Shown: positions 48,601 through 59,197 of the stretch, in pieces
Position numbering within the stretch: position 1 is the stretch's first letter
Layout of the letters: every line of letters starts with the position of its first letter
DNA from: Escherichia coli
GTDB taxonomy: Bacteria > Pseudomonadota > Gammaproteobacteria > Enterobacterales > Enterobacteriaceae
Reading direction: 5' to 3' (one strand)
Assembly: GCF_024223415.1 (NCBI RefSeq)
Contig: NZ_CP100500.1
DNA: 64,000 bases
Program-made: the position numbers and the translations under genes
Notes under the pieces: generated by a model
Databases searched by the model: none
Told to the model about the DNA's origin: nothing
The model's input: only the letters and a program-made list of their open reading frames with translations

Positions 48601-49465
48601 AGAGAGACTCTTCCGTCAGTGATAAATGTTTACGTAGGCGTAATTCAAATCTGGAATATTGCTCCAAGTAGCTAGGTGCAATGCCAGACGGCAGAATAAT
48701 AATGACATTATTCGCATAATCCCATTCAATATCAATCTGTTGAAGGTGTGTTATTACATCAGTAGCATATTCCAGACCGCCTTCCTGGACGATCTGATCC
48801 ATAACATCCTCACGCACTTTATATCTTGTGCATTTCATTTCAAGTGCCGTGAGTACAGCCATTACTGGTGATGGTAACTGTGTTGTTTTCAGGCCGTCGA
48901 TCTGACTGATCGCCTGGGCGACGGTGTTTTGCCATTCTAAAGAACAGGCGCTGAAGTCAAATGTGGCTGTTTTATTATCCCGTTGCGACACACTACAGGC
49001 TAAGCGACGTAATTGGGTCAATTTGTCTGCTTGCTGAACAGGAACTCCGGGAAAGCGGCGATGACTTAACGTGGTGTGTACAACTTCGGGCGGAAAAACG
49101 ACAGCAATATCTTTCGCCAGCCACGGTAAAACAGCATCTGTATTTTTGTCAGGCGCACGGGTTTCTGCTACGAAAGAGGGTTGTTCCTGAATAATGGTGG
49201 ATAAGTCCGCTACCTTGAGAGAGCCCGTTACCGTTTGGGAAGGTTGCAAAGAATTATCCTTCGCTTGCTCCACATACCCCTTCTTCACCTTCTCCGCAAT
49301 CAGCTTAAGTTCCGCTTTTTCCGCTGCCGCAGCATCTGAAAAACTTTTTATCTGACTTTGCCCTTTGGTGCCAACTTTTCCCCAACTGATATGCAACTCG
49401 TTTCCCTGTTGCTCCACCGCCCAGAATTTATGTGATTTTTCGTCCTGATAGATAAAGTGTCTCAT
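45671..49465 (-). CDS. molR: MolR, intact (WGR domain N-terminus plus DUF4132)
   Basis: Single 1264-aa ORF; N-terminal WGR-like HKFWAVEQQGNELHISWGKVGTKGQ. Confidence 0.8.
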   Translation of the reverse strand: MRHFIYQDEKSHKFWAVEQQGNELHISWGKVGTKGQSQIKSFSDAAAAEKAELKLIAEKVKKGYVEQAKDNSLQPSQTVTGSLKVADLSTIIQEQPSFVAETRAPDKNTDAVLPWLAKDIAVVFPPEVVHTTLSHRRFPGVPVQQADKLTQLRRLACSVSQRDNKTATFDFSACSLEWQNTVAQAISQIDGLKTTQLPSPVMAVLTALEMKCTRYKVREDVMDQIVQEGGLEYATDVITHLQQIDIEWDYANNVIIILPSGIAPSYLEQYSRFELRLRKHLSLTEESLWQKCAQKLIAAIPHIPEWRQPLIALLLPEKPEIAHEIAQRLLGQKKLPSLEWLKIVATDEHILASLEKYHEPYAIFDDYYCGAIWSATVLQEQGVAALPRFAPYAASDYCADVLRHINHPFALTLLIRVAGQTKRCHDRMTKAIAAFPHAAMAALTELLGQKEENSWRIMLMTMLISQPALAEQVIPWLSTPAVAVLKSCQQQLTQPSNHASADLLPAVVVSPPWLSKKKKSPIPVLDLAPLGIEPICYLTEEISNQLLAKYIWYSKHITVSHEESTTNLLARMGFQRRIAGTYIKAPEAVVEAWLNEDYSTLLSEFKVFHSPTGHYWQLGILTTLPLEKAVKAWNALTLSPHTDTEYSMLHFGLKGLPGLVNSLARYPQEALPITNYFAASELAPAVARAFNKLKTLRENARSWLLKYPEHALTGLLPAALGKAGEAQDNARAALRMLTENGHQPLLQEIARRYNQPEVTDAVNALLALDPLDNHPTKIPTLPAFYQPSLWTRPVLKANAQSLPDSALLHLGEMLRFPQEEALYPGLLQVKDVCSADSLAGFAWDLFTAWQTAGAPSKESWAFTALGVLGNDDTARKLTPLIRAWPGESQHKRATVGLDILAAIGSDIALMQLNGIAQKLKFKALQERAKEKIADIAESRELTVAELEDRLAPDLGLDDNGSLLLDFGPRQFTVSFDETLKPFVRDVSGSRLKDLPKPNKSDDETRANDAVNRYKLLKKDARTIAAQQVARLESAMCLRRRWSLENFQLFLVEHPLVRHLTRRLIWGVYSAENQLLACFRVAEDNSSSTADDDLFTLPEGDISIGTPHVLEISPTDAAAFGQLFADYELLPPFRQIDRNSYALTEAERNASELTRWAGRKCPSGRVMGLANKGWIKGEPQDGGWIGWMIKPLGRWSLIMEIDEGFAVGMSPAELSAEQLLSKLWLWEGKAERYGWGSNSTQEAQFSVIDAITASELINDIEALFE

Positions 49466-49605
49466 TCTGCATCCCTGTAATTTTATCCAGTTGAATGCAG
49501 ATGCTACCAGTATTTATGCGGGTTAGAGAGAGACAAAATCGCAAGAAAACAACTTTAGGAATTTATAAAGAAAAGGCGCTGTCGATGCAGCGCCTTGAAG
49601 GGGGA

Positions 49606-51639
49606 TTATTTCACCTGATGACCCGGTTTAGCACCAGCATCCGGGCTTAGCAGGAAGATATCTTTCCCGCCTGGACCGGCAGCCATCACCATGCCTTCGG
49701 AGATTCCAAAGCGCATTTTACGTGGTGCCAGGTTAGCCACCATAATGGTGTGACGACCAATCAGTGCCTGCGGATCCGGGTAGGCAGAACGAATACCGGA
49801 GAAGACATTGCGTTTTTCACCGCCGAGATCCAGTGTCAGGCGCAGCAGTTTGTCAGAACCTTCAACAAACTCTGCGTTTTCGATCAGCGCTACGCGCAGG
49901 TCAACTTTGGCGAAGTCGTCAAAGGTGATGGTTTCCTGAATCGGATCATCTGCCAGTGGGCCAGTAACTGGCGCGGCAGCTGCTTTCACTTCTTCTTTAG
50001 AGGCTTCCACCAGAGCTTCAACCTGTTTCATATCGATGCGGTTATACAGCGCCTTGAACGGATTCACTTTGTGGCCCAGCAGCGGTTGCTGGATACCATC
50101 CCAGGTCAGTTCCGTATTGAGGAAGGCTTCTGCACGCTCGGTCAGTTTCGGCAGTACCGGCTTCAGGTAAGTCATCAGCACGCGGAACAGGTTGATGCCC
50201 ATTGAGCAAATCGCCTGCAGGTCAGCATCGCGACCTTCCTGTTTTGCGACTACCCACGGAGCCTGTTCATCGACATAGCGGTTAGCCAGATCAGCCAGCG
50301 CCATGATTTCGCGCACAGCTTTACCAAATTCACGGCTTTCCCACGCTTCACCAATCACTTCAGCGGCATCAGTGAAGGTTTTGTACAACTGCGGGTCAGC
50401 CAGTTCGTTTGCCAGCACGCCGTCAAAACGTTTGTTGATAAAGCCCGCGTTACGGGAGGCCAGGTTAACCACTTTGTTAACGATATCGGCATTCACGCGC
50501 TGAACGAAATCCTCCAGGTTGAGATCGATATCATCAATGCGCGAAGAGAGTTTCGCAGTGTAGTAGTAACGCAGGCTGTCAGCGTCAAAATGATTCAGCC
50601 AGGTGCTGGCTTTAATAAAGGTGCCGCGAGACTTGGACATCTTCGCGCCGTTCACCGTCACATAGCCATGAACAAACAGGTTGGTCGGCTTGCGGAAGTT
50701 GCTGCCTTCCAGCATGGCAGGCCAGAACAGGCTGTGGAAGTAAACGATATCTTTACCGATGAAGTGGTACAGCTCGGCGGTGGAGTCTTTCTTCCAGTAT
50801 TCATCGAAGCTTACGCTGTCGCCGCGCTTGTCGCACAGATTCTTGAAAGAACCCATGTAGCCAATCGGTGCGTCCAGCCAGACGTAGAAATATTTGCCCG
50901 GCGCGTTCGGAATTTCAAAACCGAAGTAAGGGGCGTCGCGGGAGATATCCCACTGTTGCAGGCCAGATTCAAACCACTCCTGCATTTTATTTGCCACCTG
51001 CTCCTGCAACGCACCGCTGCGGGTCCATGCCTGCAACATTTCGCTGAAAGAGGGCAGATCAAAGAAGAAGTGTTCAGAATCACGCATTACCGGCGTAGCG
51101 CCAGAAACCACCGATTTCGGCTCGATCAATTCAGTCGGGCTGTAGGTCGCGCCGCAGACTTCGCAGTTATCGCCGTATTGATCCGGGGATTTACATTTCG
51201 GGCAGGTGCCTTTCACAAAACGGTCCGGCAGGAACATGCCTTTTTCCGGATCGTACAGCTGAGAGATGGTGCGGTTTTTAATAAAACCGTTTTCTTTCAG
51301 GCGAGAGTAGATAAGTTCTGACAACTGGCGGTTCTCTTCGCTGTGCGTCGAGTGATAGTTGTCATAGCTGATGTTAAAGCCTGCGAAATCAGTCTGATGC
51401 TCCTGACTCATTTCGCCAATCATCTGCTCCGGTGTGATACCAAGCTGCTGAGCTTTCAGCATGATCGGTGTACCGTGGGCATCGTCGGCGCAGATGAAGT
51501 TGACCTCGTGGCCGCGCATTCGCTGGTAACGGACCCAGACATCAGCCTGGATGTGCTCCAGCATATGGCCGAGGTGGATTGAGCCGTTAGCGTACGGCAG
51601 TGCGCACGTCACCAGAATTTTCTTCGCGACTTGAGTCAT
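49606..51639 (-). CDS. metG: Methionine--tRNA ligase
   Basis: 677 aa; HIGH motif (ANGSIHLGH), KMSKS, Zn knuckles CPKC/CEVC. Confidence 0.97.
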   Translation of the reverse strand: MTQVAKKILVTCALPYANGSIHLGHMLEHIQADVWVRYQRMRGHEVNFICADDAHGTPIMLKAQQLGITPEQMIGEMSQEHQTDFAGFNISYDNYHSTHSEENRQLSELIYSRLKENGFIKNRTISQLYDPEKGMFLPDRFVKGTCPKCKSPDQYGDNCEVCGATYSPTELIEPKSVVSGATPVMRDSEHFFFDLPSFSEMLQAWTRSGALQEQVANKMQEWFESGLQQWDISRDAPYFGFEIPNAPGKYFYVWLDAPIGYMGSFKNLCDKRGDSVSFDEYWKKDSTAELYHFIGKDIVYFHSLFWPAMLEGSNFRKPTNLFVHGYVTVNGAKMSKSRGTFIKASTWLNHFDADSLRYYYTAKLSSRIDDIDLNLEDFVQRVNADIVNKVVNLASRNAGFINKRFDGVLANELADPQLYKTFTDAAEVIGEAWESREFGKAVREIMALADLANRYVDEQAPWVVAKQEGRDADLQAICSMGINLFRVLMTYLKPVLPKLTERAEAFLNTELTWDGIQQPLLGHKVNPFKALYNRIDMKQVEALVEASKEEVKAAAAPVTGPLADDPIQETITFDDFAKVDLRVALIENAEFVEGSDKLLRLTLDLGGEKRNVFSGIRSAYPDPQALIGRHTIMVANLAPRKMRFGISEGMVMAAGPGGKDIFLLSPDAGAKPGHQVK

Positions 51640-51770
51640 AGTAGGCATTACTTCTTAATAGTGAAAAGGGGTTAGATAGTACCAAATGGGAAAATGTTAA
51701 GTAAGTACTTCTCTATATTCTTCAGGTAAACTATCAGCTGATGGTTTATCTATACAAAAAAGGAGTCGGG

Positions 51771-52880
51771 ATGAACGAACAATCCCAGGCCAAATCACCA
51801 GAAGCCTTGCGCGCAATGGTCGCCGGGACACTGGCCAATTTTCAGCACCCAACCCTGAAGCATAACCTCACCACGCTGAAAGCGTTGCACCATGTCGCCT
51901 GGATGGACGACACGTTGCATGTGGAACTGGTTATGCCATTCGTCTGGCATAGCGCGTTTGAAGAGTTAAAAGAGCAATGTAGCGCCGAACTGCTGCGTAT
52001 CACCGGGGCGAAAGCTATCGACTGGAAACTGTCGCACAATATCGCCACCTTAAAACGCGTGAAGAATCAGCCGGGTATTAATGGCGTGAAGAACATCATT
52101 GCGGTCAGTTCCGGTAAAGGCGGCGTGGGTAAATCCTCCACGGCGGTAAACCTGGCACTGGCGCTGGCGGCAGAAGGGGCGAAAGTCGGCATTCTGGACG
52201 CCGATATCTACGGCCCATCAATCCCAACAATGTTGGGCGCAGAAAATCAGCGTCCAACTTCGCCGGACGGTACCCATATGGCACCGATTATGTCTCATGG
52301 CCTGGCAACCAATTCAATTGGTTATCTGGTCACTGACGACAATGCGATGGTGTGGCGTGGACCGATGGCGAGCAAGGCGTTAATGCAGATGTTGCAGGAA
52401 ACCTTGTGGCCGGATCTCGACTATCTGGTGCTTGATATGCCGCCAGGCACCGGTGACATTCAATTGACGCTTGCGCAAAACATTCCAGTAACTGGTGCAG
52501 TCGTGGTCACCACCCCGCAGGACATCGCGTTGATCGATGCGAAAAAAGGCATTGTGATGTTCGAGAAAGTCGAGGTTCCGGTGCTTGGTATTGTCGAGAA
52601 CATGAGTGTGCATATTTGCAGTAACTGTGGTCACCATGAACCGATTTTCGGTACCGGTGGTGCAGAGAAACTGGCTGAAAAATACCACACACAGCTGCTG
52701 GGGCAGATGCCGTTACACATCTCCTTACGTGAGGATCTCGATAAAGGCACGCCAACGGTTATCAGCCGTCCGGAGAGCGAATTTACCGCTATCTACCGCC
52801 AGCTGGCTGACCGCGTTGCAGCTCAGCTCTACTGGCAGGGTGAAGTCATTCCAGGCGAGATTTCCTTCCGCGCGGTCTAA
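51771..52880 (+). CDS. apbC: Fe-S cluster carrier ATPase ApbC (Mrp)
   Basis: 369 aa; P-loop GKGGVGKS, CxxC motif; divergent from metG. Confidence 0.95.
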   Translation: MNEQSQAKSPEALRAMVAGTLANFQHPTLKHNLTTLKALHHVAWMDDTLHVELVMPFVWHSAFEELKEQCSAELLRITGAKAIDWKLSHNIATLKRVKNQPGINGVKNIIAVSSGKGGVGKSSTAVNLALALAAEGAKVGILDADIYGPSIPTMLGAENQRPTSPDGTHMAPIMSHGLATNSIGYLVTDDNAMVWRGPMASKALMQMLQETLWPDLDYLVLDMPPGTGDIQLTLAQNIPVTGAVVVTTPQDIALIDAKKGIVMFEKVEVPVLGIVENMSVHICSNCGHHEPIFGTGGAEKLAEKYHTQLLGQMPLHISLREDLDKGTPTVISRPESEFTAIYRQLADRVAAQLYWQGEVIPGEISFRAV

Positions 52881-53142
52881 CGCCTATTAACCATTCTGGT
52901 TATTCTTCATACACCGCAGAGATGTTACATTGATGCGGTGTATTAGTTTTTGCCGCATTAATGAACACTTATTTAATACTGCGAATATTCTGCGGACCTT
53001 CGTCCGAAACTCTACAAAGTCGATTGATCATACAGGCAATGCTTCATTATCATCCTTCGTGGCTGTGTAGTGGATGTACAGCTATAGTTTGTTATGCACT
53101 CATTCTATCCAGGCATAACCTTTACTACAGGGATAACGTTCA

Positions 53143-53424
53143 ATGAATAAGTATTGGCTGTCAGGAATTATTTTTCTTGCCTATGGATTGGCTTCTCCCG
53201 CATTCTCTTCAGAGACTGCCACATTAGCGATTAATGGCAGGATCAGTCCCCCAACATGCAGTATGGCTATGGTTAATGGTCAACCTCAACAGCATTGTGG
53301 TCAGTTAACGTATAATGTTGACACCCGTCATCTGTTTTCTTCGCCCGTCAAAGGTGTAACGACAGAAGTGGTTGTTGCAGGTAGCGATAGCAAACGTCGA
53401 ATCGTGTTAAATCGCTACGATTAA
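53143..53424 (+). CDS. yehE: YehE (DUF2574)
   Basis: 93 aa with signal peptide; upstream of the yeh fimbrial operon. Confidence 0.8.
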   Translation: MNKYWLSGIIFLAYGLASPAFSSETATLAINGRISPPTCSMAMVNGQPQQHCGQLTYNVDTRHLFSSPVKGVTTEVVVAGSDSKRRIVLNRYD

Positions 53425-53716
53425 TTTGGCAACCTGATTTTAATTGCATTTAGAAAGCCGAAATCATTTATATAAATGATTTCGGCTTTTTTATTGATAT
53501 CAACAATACCATTTACATAAATCTACATTAATTGATAGATGCGATAAATAGTTAATACTCTTAAATATTTGTTGTATTTATATTGCAATGGTTAATTTGT
53601 TTTAAATCAATAAAACAATGTGTTTACATTGCGGCAACTTTTTTGATGTGAGAAATTTGTTTCCAAGAGATACAGACTCTTAACAACCAAAAATAAATTT
53701 TATTAAGGAACATATT

Positions 53717-54259
53717 ATGAAACGTTCAATTATTGCTGCCGCTGTCTTTTCTTCTTTTTTTATGAGCACTGGAGTATTTTCTGCAGACGTTGATACCGGA
53801 ACATTAACTATTAAGGGGAATATTGCAGAATCTCCGTGTAAATTCGAAGCGGGTGGTGATTCAGTAAGTATTAATATGCCGACTGTACCAACCACTGTCT
53901 TTGAAGGTAAAGCTAAATATTCTACCTATGATGATGCAGTCGGTGTAACCAGCAGCATGTTAAAAATTAGCTGCCCGAAAGAAGTTGCTGGTGTAAAACT
54001 CTCGTTGATTACCAACGATAAAATAACCGGTAACGATAAGGCGATAGCCAGTAGCAACGATACCGTGGGGTACTATCTCTATTTAGGTGATAACAGCGAT
54101 GTCCTGGATGTTTCTGCACCTTTTAACATTGAGAGTTATAAAACAGCGGAAGGTCAATATGCTATTCCGTTTAAAGCAAAATACCTGAAACTGACAGATA
54201 ACTCAGTGCAATCAGGTGATGTGTTATCTTCTCTGGTTATGCGTGTGGCGCAGGATTAA
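53717..54259 (+). CDS. yehD: Fimbrial major subunit YehD
   Basis: 180 aa; signal peptide, conserved Cys pair, fimbrial C-terminal strand. Confidence 0.9.
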   Translation: MKRSIIAAAVFSSFFMSTGVFSADVDTGTLTIKGNIAESPCKFEAGGDSVSINMPTVPTTVFEGKAKYSTYDDAVGVTSSMLKISCPKEVAGVKLSLITNDKITGNDKAIASSNDTVGYYLYLGDNSDVLDVSAPFNIESYKTAEGQYAIPFKAKYLKLTDNSVQSGDVLSSLVMRVAQD

Positions 54260-54338
54260 TAAATAAAATTGTAAGTTTCTCCAGGTAATAAACATGGCCG
54301 CTATCCCATGGCGGCCTTTTAATTTAAGAGGCATTAAA

Positions 54339-55013
54339 ATGAAAGGATTATTATCTTTACTCATTTTTTCTATGGTCCTTCCTGCACATGCCGGAATTGT
54401 TATCTACGGGACGCGCATTATTTACCCGGCAGAAAATAAAGAAGTGATGGTGCAGTTGATGAACCAGGGAAACCGTTCTTCGCTGCTGCAGGCGTGGATT
54501 GATGATGGCGATACGTCATTACCACCAGAAAAAATTCAGGTTCCTTTCATGTTAACGCCACCAGTGGCAAAAATAGGGGCAAATTCCGGGCAGCAAGTAA
54601 AAATCAAAATTATGCCGAATAAACTGCCCACTAATAAAGAAAGCATTTTTTATCTGAATGTTCTGGATATTCCACCAAATAGTCCAGAGCAAGAAGGTAA
54701 GAATGCACTGAAGTTTGCGATGCAAAACAGAATTAAGTTGTTTTACCGGCCAGCGGGTATTGCTCCGGTAAATAAAGCGACATTTAAAAAATTGCTGGTA
54801 AATCGCAGTGGCAATGGTTTGGTGATAAAAAATGACTCAGCTAATTGGGTGACGATTTCGGATGTCAAAGCTAATAATGTTAAAGTCAATTATGAAACTA
54901 TTATGATTGCCCCCTTAGAAAGTCAGAGTGTTAATGTCAAAAGTAATAATGCAAATAACTGGTATCTGACCATTATCGATGACCACGGCAACTATATTAG
55001 TGACAAAATTTAA
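54339..55013 (+). CDS. yehC: Fimbrial periplasmic chaperone YehC
   Basis: PapD-like; start at MKGLLSLL with SD AAGAGG. Confidence 0.85.
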   Translation: MKGLLSLLIFSMVLPAHAGIVIYGTRIIYPAENKEVMVQLMNQGNRSSLLQAWIDDGDTSLPPEKIQVPFMLTPPVAKIGANSGQQVKIKIMPNKLPTNKESIFYLNVLDIPPNSPEQEGKNALKFAMQNRIKLFYRPAGIAPVNKATFKKLLVNRSGNGLVIKNDSANWVTISDVKANNVKVNYETIMIAPLESQSVNVKSNNANNWYLTIIDDHGNYISDKI

Positions 55014-55028
55014 TTGCAGGAGCTGCCT

Positions 55029-57509
55029 ATGTTGAGAATGACCCCACTTGCATCAGCAATCGTAGCGTTATTGCTCGGCATTGAAGCTTATGCAGCTGAA
55101 GAAACCTTTGATACCCATTTTATGATAGGTGGAATGAAAGACCAGCAGGTTGCAAATATTCGTCTTGATGATAATCAACCCTTGCCGGGGCAGTATGACA
55201 TCGATATTTATGTCAATAAGCAATGGCGCGGGAAATATGAGATCATTGTTAAAGACAACCCGCAAGAAACATGTTTATCAAGAGAAGTTATCAAGCGGTT
55301 AGGCATTAATAGCGATAACTTCGCCAGCGGTAAGCAATGTTTAACATTTGAGCAACTTGTTCAGGGGGGGAGCTATAGCTGGGATATCGGGGTTTTTCGT
55401 CTCGATTTCAGTGTCCCGCAGGCTTGGGTGGAAGAACTGGAAAGTGGCTATGTTCCACCGGAAAACTGGGAGCGGGGTATTAATGCGTTTTATACCTCTT
55501 ATTATGTGAGTCAGTATTACAGCGACTATAAAGCGTCGGGTAATAACAAGAGTACATATGTACGTTTTAACAGCGGGTTAAATTTACTGGGGTGGCAACT
55601 GCATTCTGATGCCAGTTTCAGTAAAACAAATAACAATCCAGGGGTGTGGAAAAGCAATACCCTGTATCTGGAACGTGGATTTGCCCAACTTCTCGGCACG
55701 CTTCGCGTGGGTGATATGTACACATCAAGCGATATTTTTGATTCTGTTCGCTTCAGCGGTGTGCGGTTGTTTCGTGATATGCAGATGTTGCCTAACTCGA
55801 AACAAAATTTTACGCCACGGGTGCAGGGGATTGCTCAGAGTAACGCGCTGGTAACTATTGAACAGAATGGTTTTGTGGTTTATCAGAAAGAGGTTCCTCC
55901 TGGCCCGTTTGCGATTACAGATTTGCAGTTGGCCGGTGGTGGAGCGGATCTTGATGTCAGCGTGAAAGAGGCGGACGGTTCGGTAACCACCTATCTGGTG
56001 CCTTATGCAGCGGTGCCAAATATGCTGCAACCCGGCGTGTCGAAATATGATTTTGCGGCGGGTCGTAGCCATATTGAAGGGGCGAGCAAACAAAGTGATT
56101 TTGTCCAGGCGGGTTATCAGTATGGTTTTAATAACTTATTGACGCTGTATGGTGGCTCGATGGTTGCTAATAATTACTATGCCTTTACTTTGGGGACTGG
56201 CTGGAATACACGCATTGGTGCCATTTCCGTCGATGCCACGAAGTCGCATAGTAAACAAGACAACGGCGATGTGTTTGACGGGCAAAGTTATCAAATTGCC
56301 TACAACAAATTTGTGAGCCAAACGTCGACGCGTTTTGGTCTGGCGGCCTGGCGTTATTCGTCGCGTGATTACCGGACATTTAACGATCACGTTTGGGCAA
56401 ACAATAAAGATAATTATCGCCGTGATGAAAACGATGTCTATGACATTGCCGATTATTACCAGAATGATTTTGGTCGCAAAAATAGCTTTTCCGCCAATAT
56501 GAGCCAGTCATTGCCAGAAGGTTGGGGGTCTGTGTCATTAAGTACGTTATGGCGAGATTACTGGGGGCGTAGCGGCAGTAGTAAGGATTATCAGTTGAGT
56601 TATTCCAACAACCTGCGACGGATAAGCTATACCCTCGCGGCAAGCCAGGCTTATGACGAGAATCATCATGAAGAGAAACGTTTTAATATTTTTATATCGA
56701 TTCCCTTTGATTGGGGTGATGACGTTTCGACGCCTCGTCGGCAAATATATATGTCTAACTCAACGACGTTTGATGATCAGGGGTTTGCCTCAAATAATAC
56801 GGGATTATCAGGAACAGTAGGGAGTCGGGATCAGTTCAATTATGGTGTCAACCTGAGTCATCAACATCAGGGAAATGAAACGACAGCTGGGGCGAATTTG
56901 ACCTGGAACGCGCCGGTTGCGACAGTGAATGGCAGTTATAGTCAGTCGAGTACTTATCGACAGGCTGGAGCCAGTGTTTCAGGGGGCATTGTCGCCTGGT
57001 CGGGTGGCGTTAATCTGGCGAACCGTCTTTCCGAAACGTTTGCTGTGATGAATGCGCCAGGAATTAAAGATGCTTATGTCAATGGGCAAAAATATCGCAC
57101 AACAAACCGTAATGGAGTGGTGATATACGACGGAATGACACCTTATCGGGAAAATCACCTGATGCTGGATGTGTCGCAAAGCGATAGCGAAGCAGAATTA
57201 CGTGGCAACCGGAAAATTGCCGCCCCTTATCGCGGCGCGGTTGTACTGGTTAATTTTGATACCGATCAGCGCAAGCCCTGGTTTATTAAAGCGTTAAGAG
57301 CGGATGGTCAACCATTAATGTTTGGTTATGAAGTCAATGATATCCATGGTCATAATATTGGCGTTGTCGGCCAGGGAAGCCAGTTATTTATTCGCACCAA
57401 TGAAGTACCGCCATCGGTTAATGTGGCAATTGATAAGCAACAAGGACTTTCATGCACAATCACCTTCGGTAAAGAGATTGATGAAAGTAGAAATTATATT
57501 TGCCAGTAA
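55029..57509 (+). CDS. yehB: Fimbrial outer-membrane usher YehB
   Basis: 826 aa usher-family protein; SD AGGAG. Confidence 0.9.
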   Translation: MLRMTPLASAIVALLLGIEAYAAEETFDTHFMIGGMKDQQVANIRLDDNQPLPGQYDIDIYVNKQWRGKYEIIVKDNPQETCLSREVIKRLGINSDNFASGKQCLTFEQLVQGGSYSWDIGVFRLDFSVPQAWVEELESGYVPPENWERGINAFYTSYYVSQYYSDYKASGNNKSTYVRFNSGLNLLGWQLHSDASFSKTNNNPGVWKSNTLYLERGFAQLLGTLRVGDMYTSSDIFDSVRFSGVRLFRDMQMLPNSKQNFTPRVQGIAQSNALVTIEQNGFVVYQKEVPPGPFAITDLQLAGGGADLDVSVKEADGSVTTYLVPYAAVPNMLQPGVSKYDFAAGRSHIEGASKQSDFVQAGYQYGFNNLLTLYGGSMVANNYYAFTLGTGWNTRIGAISVDATKSHSKQDNGDVFDGQSYQIAYNKFVSQTSTRFGLAAWRYSSRDYRTFNDHVWANNKDNYRRDENDVYDIADYYQNDFGRKNSFSANMSQSLPEGWGSVSLSTLWRDYWGRSGSSKDYQLSYSNNLRRISYTLAASQAYDENHHEEKRFNIFISIPFDWGDDVSTPRRQIYMSNSTTFDDQGFASNNTGLSGTVGSRDQFNYGVNLSHQHQGNETTAGANLTWNAPVATVNGSYSQSSTYRQAGASVSGGIVAWSGGVNLANRLSETFAVMNAPGIKDAYVNGQKYRTTNRNGVVIYDGMTPYRENHLMLDVSQSDSEAELRGNRKIAAPYRGAVVLVNFDTDQRKPWFIKALRADGQPLMFGYEVNDIHGHNIGVVGQGSQLFIRTNEVPPSVNVAIDKQQGLSCTITFGKEIDESRNYICQ

Positions 57510-57524
57510 TAGTCAGGTGGTTCT

Positions 57525-58559
57525 ATGGAAATTCGCATAATGCTATTTATATTAATGATGATGGTTATGCCTGTGAGCTATGCGGCATGTTATAGTGAGT
57601 TATCTGTTCAGCACAATTTGGTTGTTCAGGGGGATTTTGCACTTACTCAAACACAAATGGCGACATATGAGCATAATTTTAATGATTCGTCATGCGTGAG
57701 TACAAATACTATCACCCCTATGAGCCCGTCGGATATTATTGTTGGACTTTATAACGATACCATTAAATTAAATTTACATTTTGAATGGACCAATAAAAAC
57801 AACATCACGTTGTCAAATAATCAGACCAGTTTCACCAGTGGTTATTCAGTTACGGTGACACCTGCGGCCAGTAATGCAAAAGTGAATGTTTCTGCGGGGG
57901 GCGGCGGTTCAGTGATGATTAATGGTGTTGCGACATTATCCAGTGCTTCATCATCGACACGCGGGAGTGCCGCAGTACAATTTCTACTGTGTTTATTAGG
58001 TGGCAAGTCATGGGATGCATGTGTAAATAGCTACAGAAATGCATTGGCACAAAATGCAGGTGTCTATTCCTTTAATCTGACATTGTCATACAACCCGATA
58101 ACCACAACCTGCAAACCGGACGATTTATTAATTACTTTAGACAGTATTCCCGTTTCACAATTACCAGCCACAGGTAACAAAGCAACAATAAATAGTAAAA
58201 AAGAGGATATTATTCTGCGTTGTAAAAATTTATTAGGTCAACAAAATCAAACATCACGGAAAATGCAGGTGTATTTATCAAGTTCTGACTTGTTAACCAA
58301 CAGCAACACAATACTGAAAGGTGCGGAAGATAATGGCGTAGGATTTATTCTTGAAAGTAATGGTTCGCCAGTCACACTTTTAAATATCACTAACAGCAGT
58401 AAAGGATACACAAATTTAAAAGAAATTGCGGCAAAGTCAAAACTTACAGATACAACGGTTTCAATTCCGATAACAGCCAGTTACTACGTCTACGATACAA
58501 ATAAAATTAAATCTGGCGCACTGGAGGCAACCGCATTAATCAACGTGAAATACGACTAA
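57525..58559 (+). CDS. yehA: Fimbrial adhesin-like protein YehA
   Basis: 344 aa; last gene of the chaperone-usher operon. Confidence 0.85.
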   Translation: MEIRIMLFILMMMVMPVSYAACYSELSVQHNLVVQGDFALTQTQMATYEHNFNDSSCVSTNTITPMSPSDIIVGLYNDTIKLNLHFEWTNKNNITLSNNQTSFTSGYSVTVTPAASNAKVNVSAGGGGSVMINGVATLSSASSSTRGSAAVQFLLCLLGGKSWDACVNSYRNALAQNAGVYSFNLTLSYNPITTTCKPDDLLITLDSIPVSQLPATGNKATINSKKEDIILRCKNLLGQQNQTSRKMQVYLSSSDLLTNSNTILKGAEDNGVGFILESNGSPVTLLNITNSSKGYTNLKEIAAKSKLTDTTVSIPITASYYVYDTNKIKSGALEATALINVKYD

Positions 58560-58640
58560 TAACAAGCAAGACGAGCAAGTGGCTAATAATAAAAAATAAC
58601 AAGGTGTCTGCATTTCCCCCTCATGATGAGGGGGCTTTTT

Positions 58641-58979
58641 TTAGCGATGATAAAAAATCTCACCGTCGTAGGCTTTAATGATTTTACCGTCGGTGTCGCT
58701 GATCAACACGTACGCGCCACCCATATAGGTCCAGTGCGTCCCGGCATCAGGCGCGGGCAGGTTACGTAACTGCCACTGCTTAATGTTGTACTCATCGGTG
58801 CGGTACATCTCTGGGACGGTATCACCTGGTTTGAAATGCTTAAAGTCAGCAATGAAACTACTTAACTCATACTTAGAAATTCCCGAGGTATTGGTCGAAC
58901 CCGCGGTGGCTGGTGCGGCCCAGGCGGCACTGGTAACCAGCAAAAGCACACCCAGCAACATCTTATTTTTAATGGTCAT
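58641..58979 (-). CDS. rcnB: Periplasmic Ni/Co homeostasis protein RcnB (YohN)
   Basis: 112 aa from MTIKNKMLLGVLLL; downstream of rcnA. Confidence 0.9.
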   Translation of the reverse strand: MTIKNKMLLGVLLLVTSAAWAAPATAGSTNTSGISKYELSSFIADFKHFKPGDTVPEMYRTDEYNIKQWQLRNLPAPDAGTHWTYMGGAYVLISDTDGKIIKAYDGEIFYHR

Positions 58980-59197
58980 AAACTCTCCACTTTGGGGATC
59001 TGTAATATCAGTCGCATATCTTTCCTGCCATACAATATAACTGACAAGCGATATTTTGTTAGTGATCCCATGATTTCGTAAAAAGTGTAAATGAAAGGAT
59101 GCCCTAAAAGCATCCTTAGCGAGCAGAGAGTCAGCGGAAATAGCTGATTTAAGAATCATCCTGGGCTGAAGATAACATGCAAGCCTAAAGGATTGAG

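Noticed and set aside
50590-51321. 243-aa plus-strand ORF
   Set aside because: Antisense within metG.
55725-56643. Several minus-strand ORFs of 64-122 aa
   Set aside because: Antisense within the usher gene yehB.
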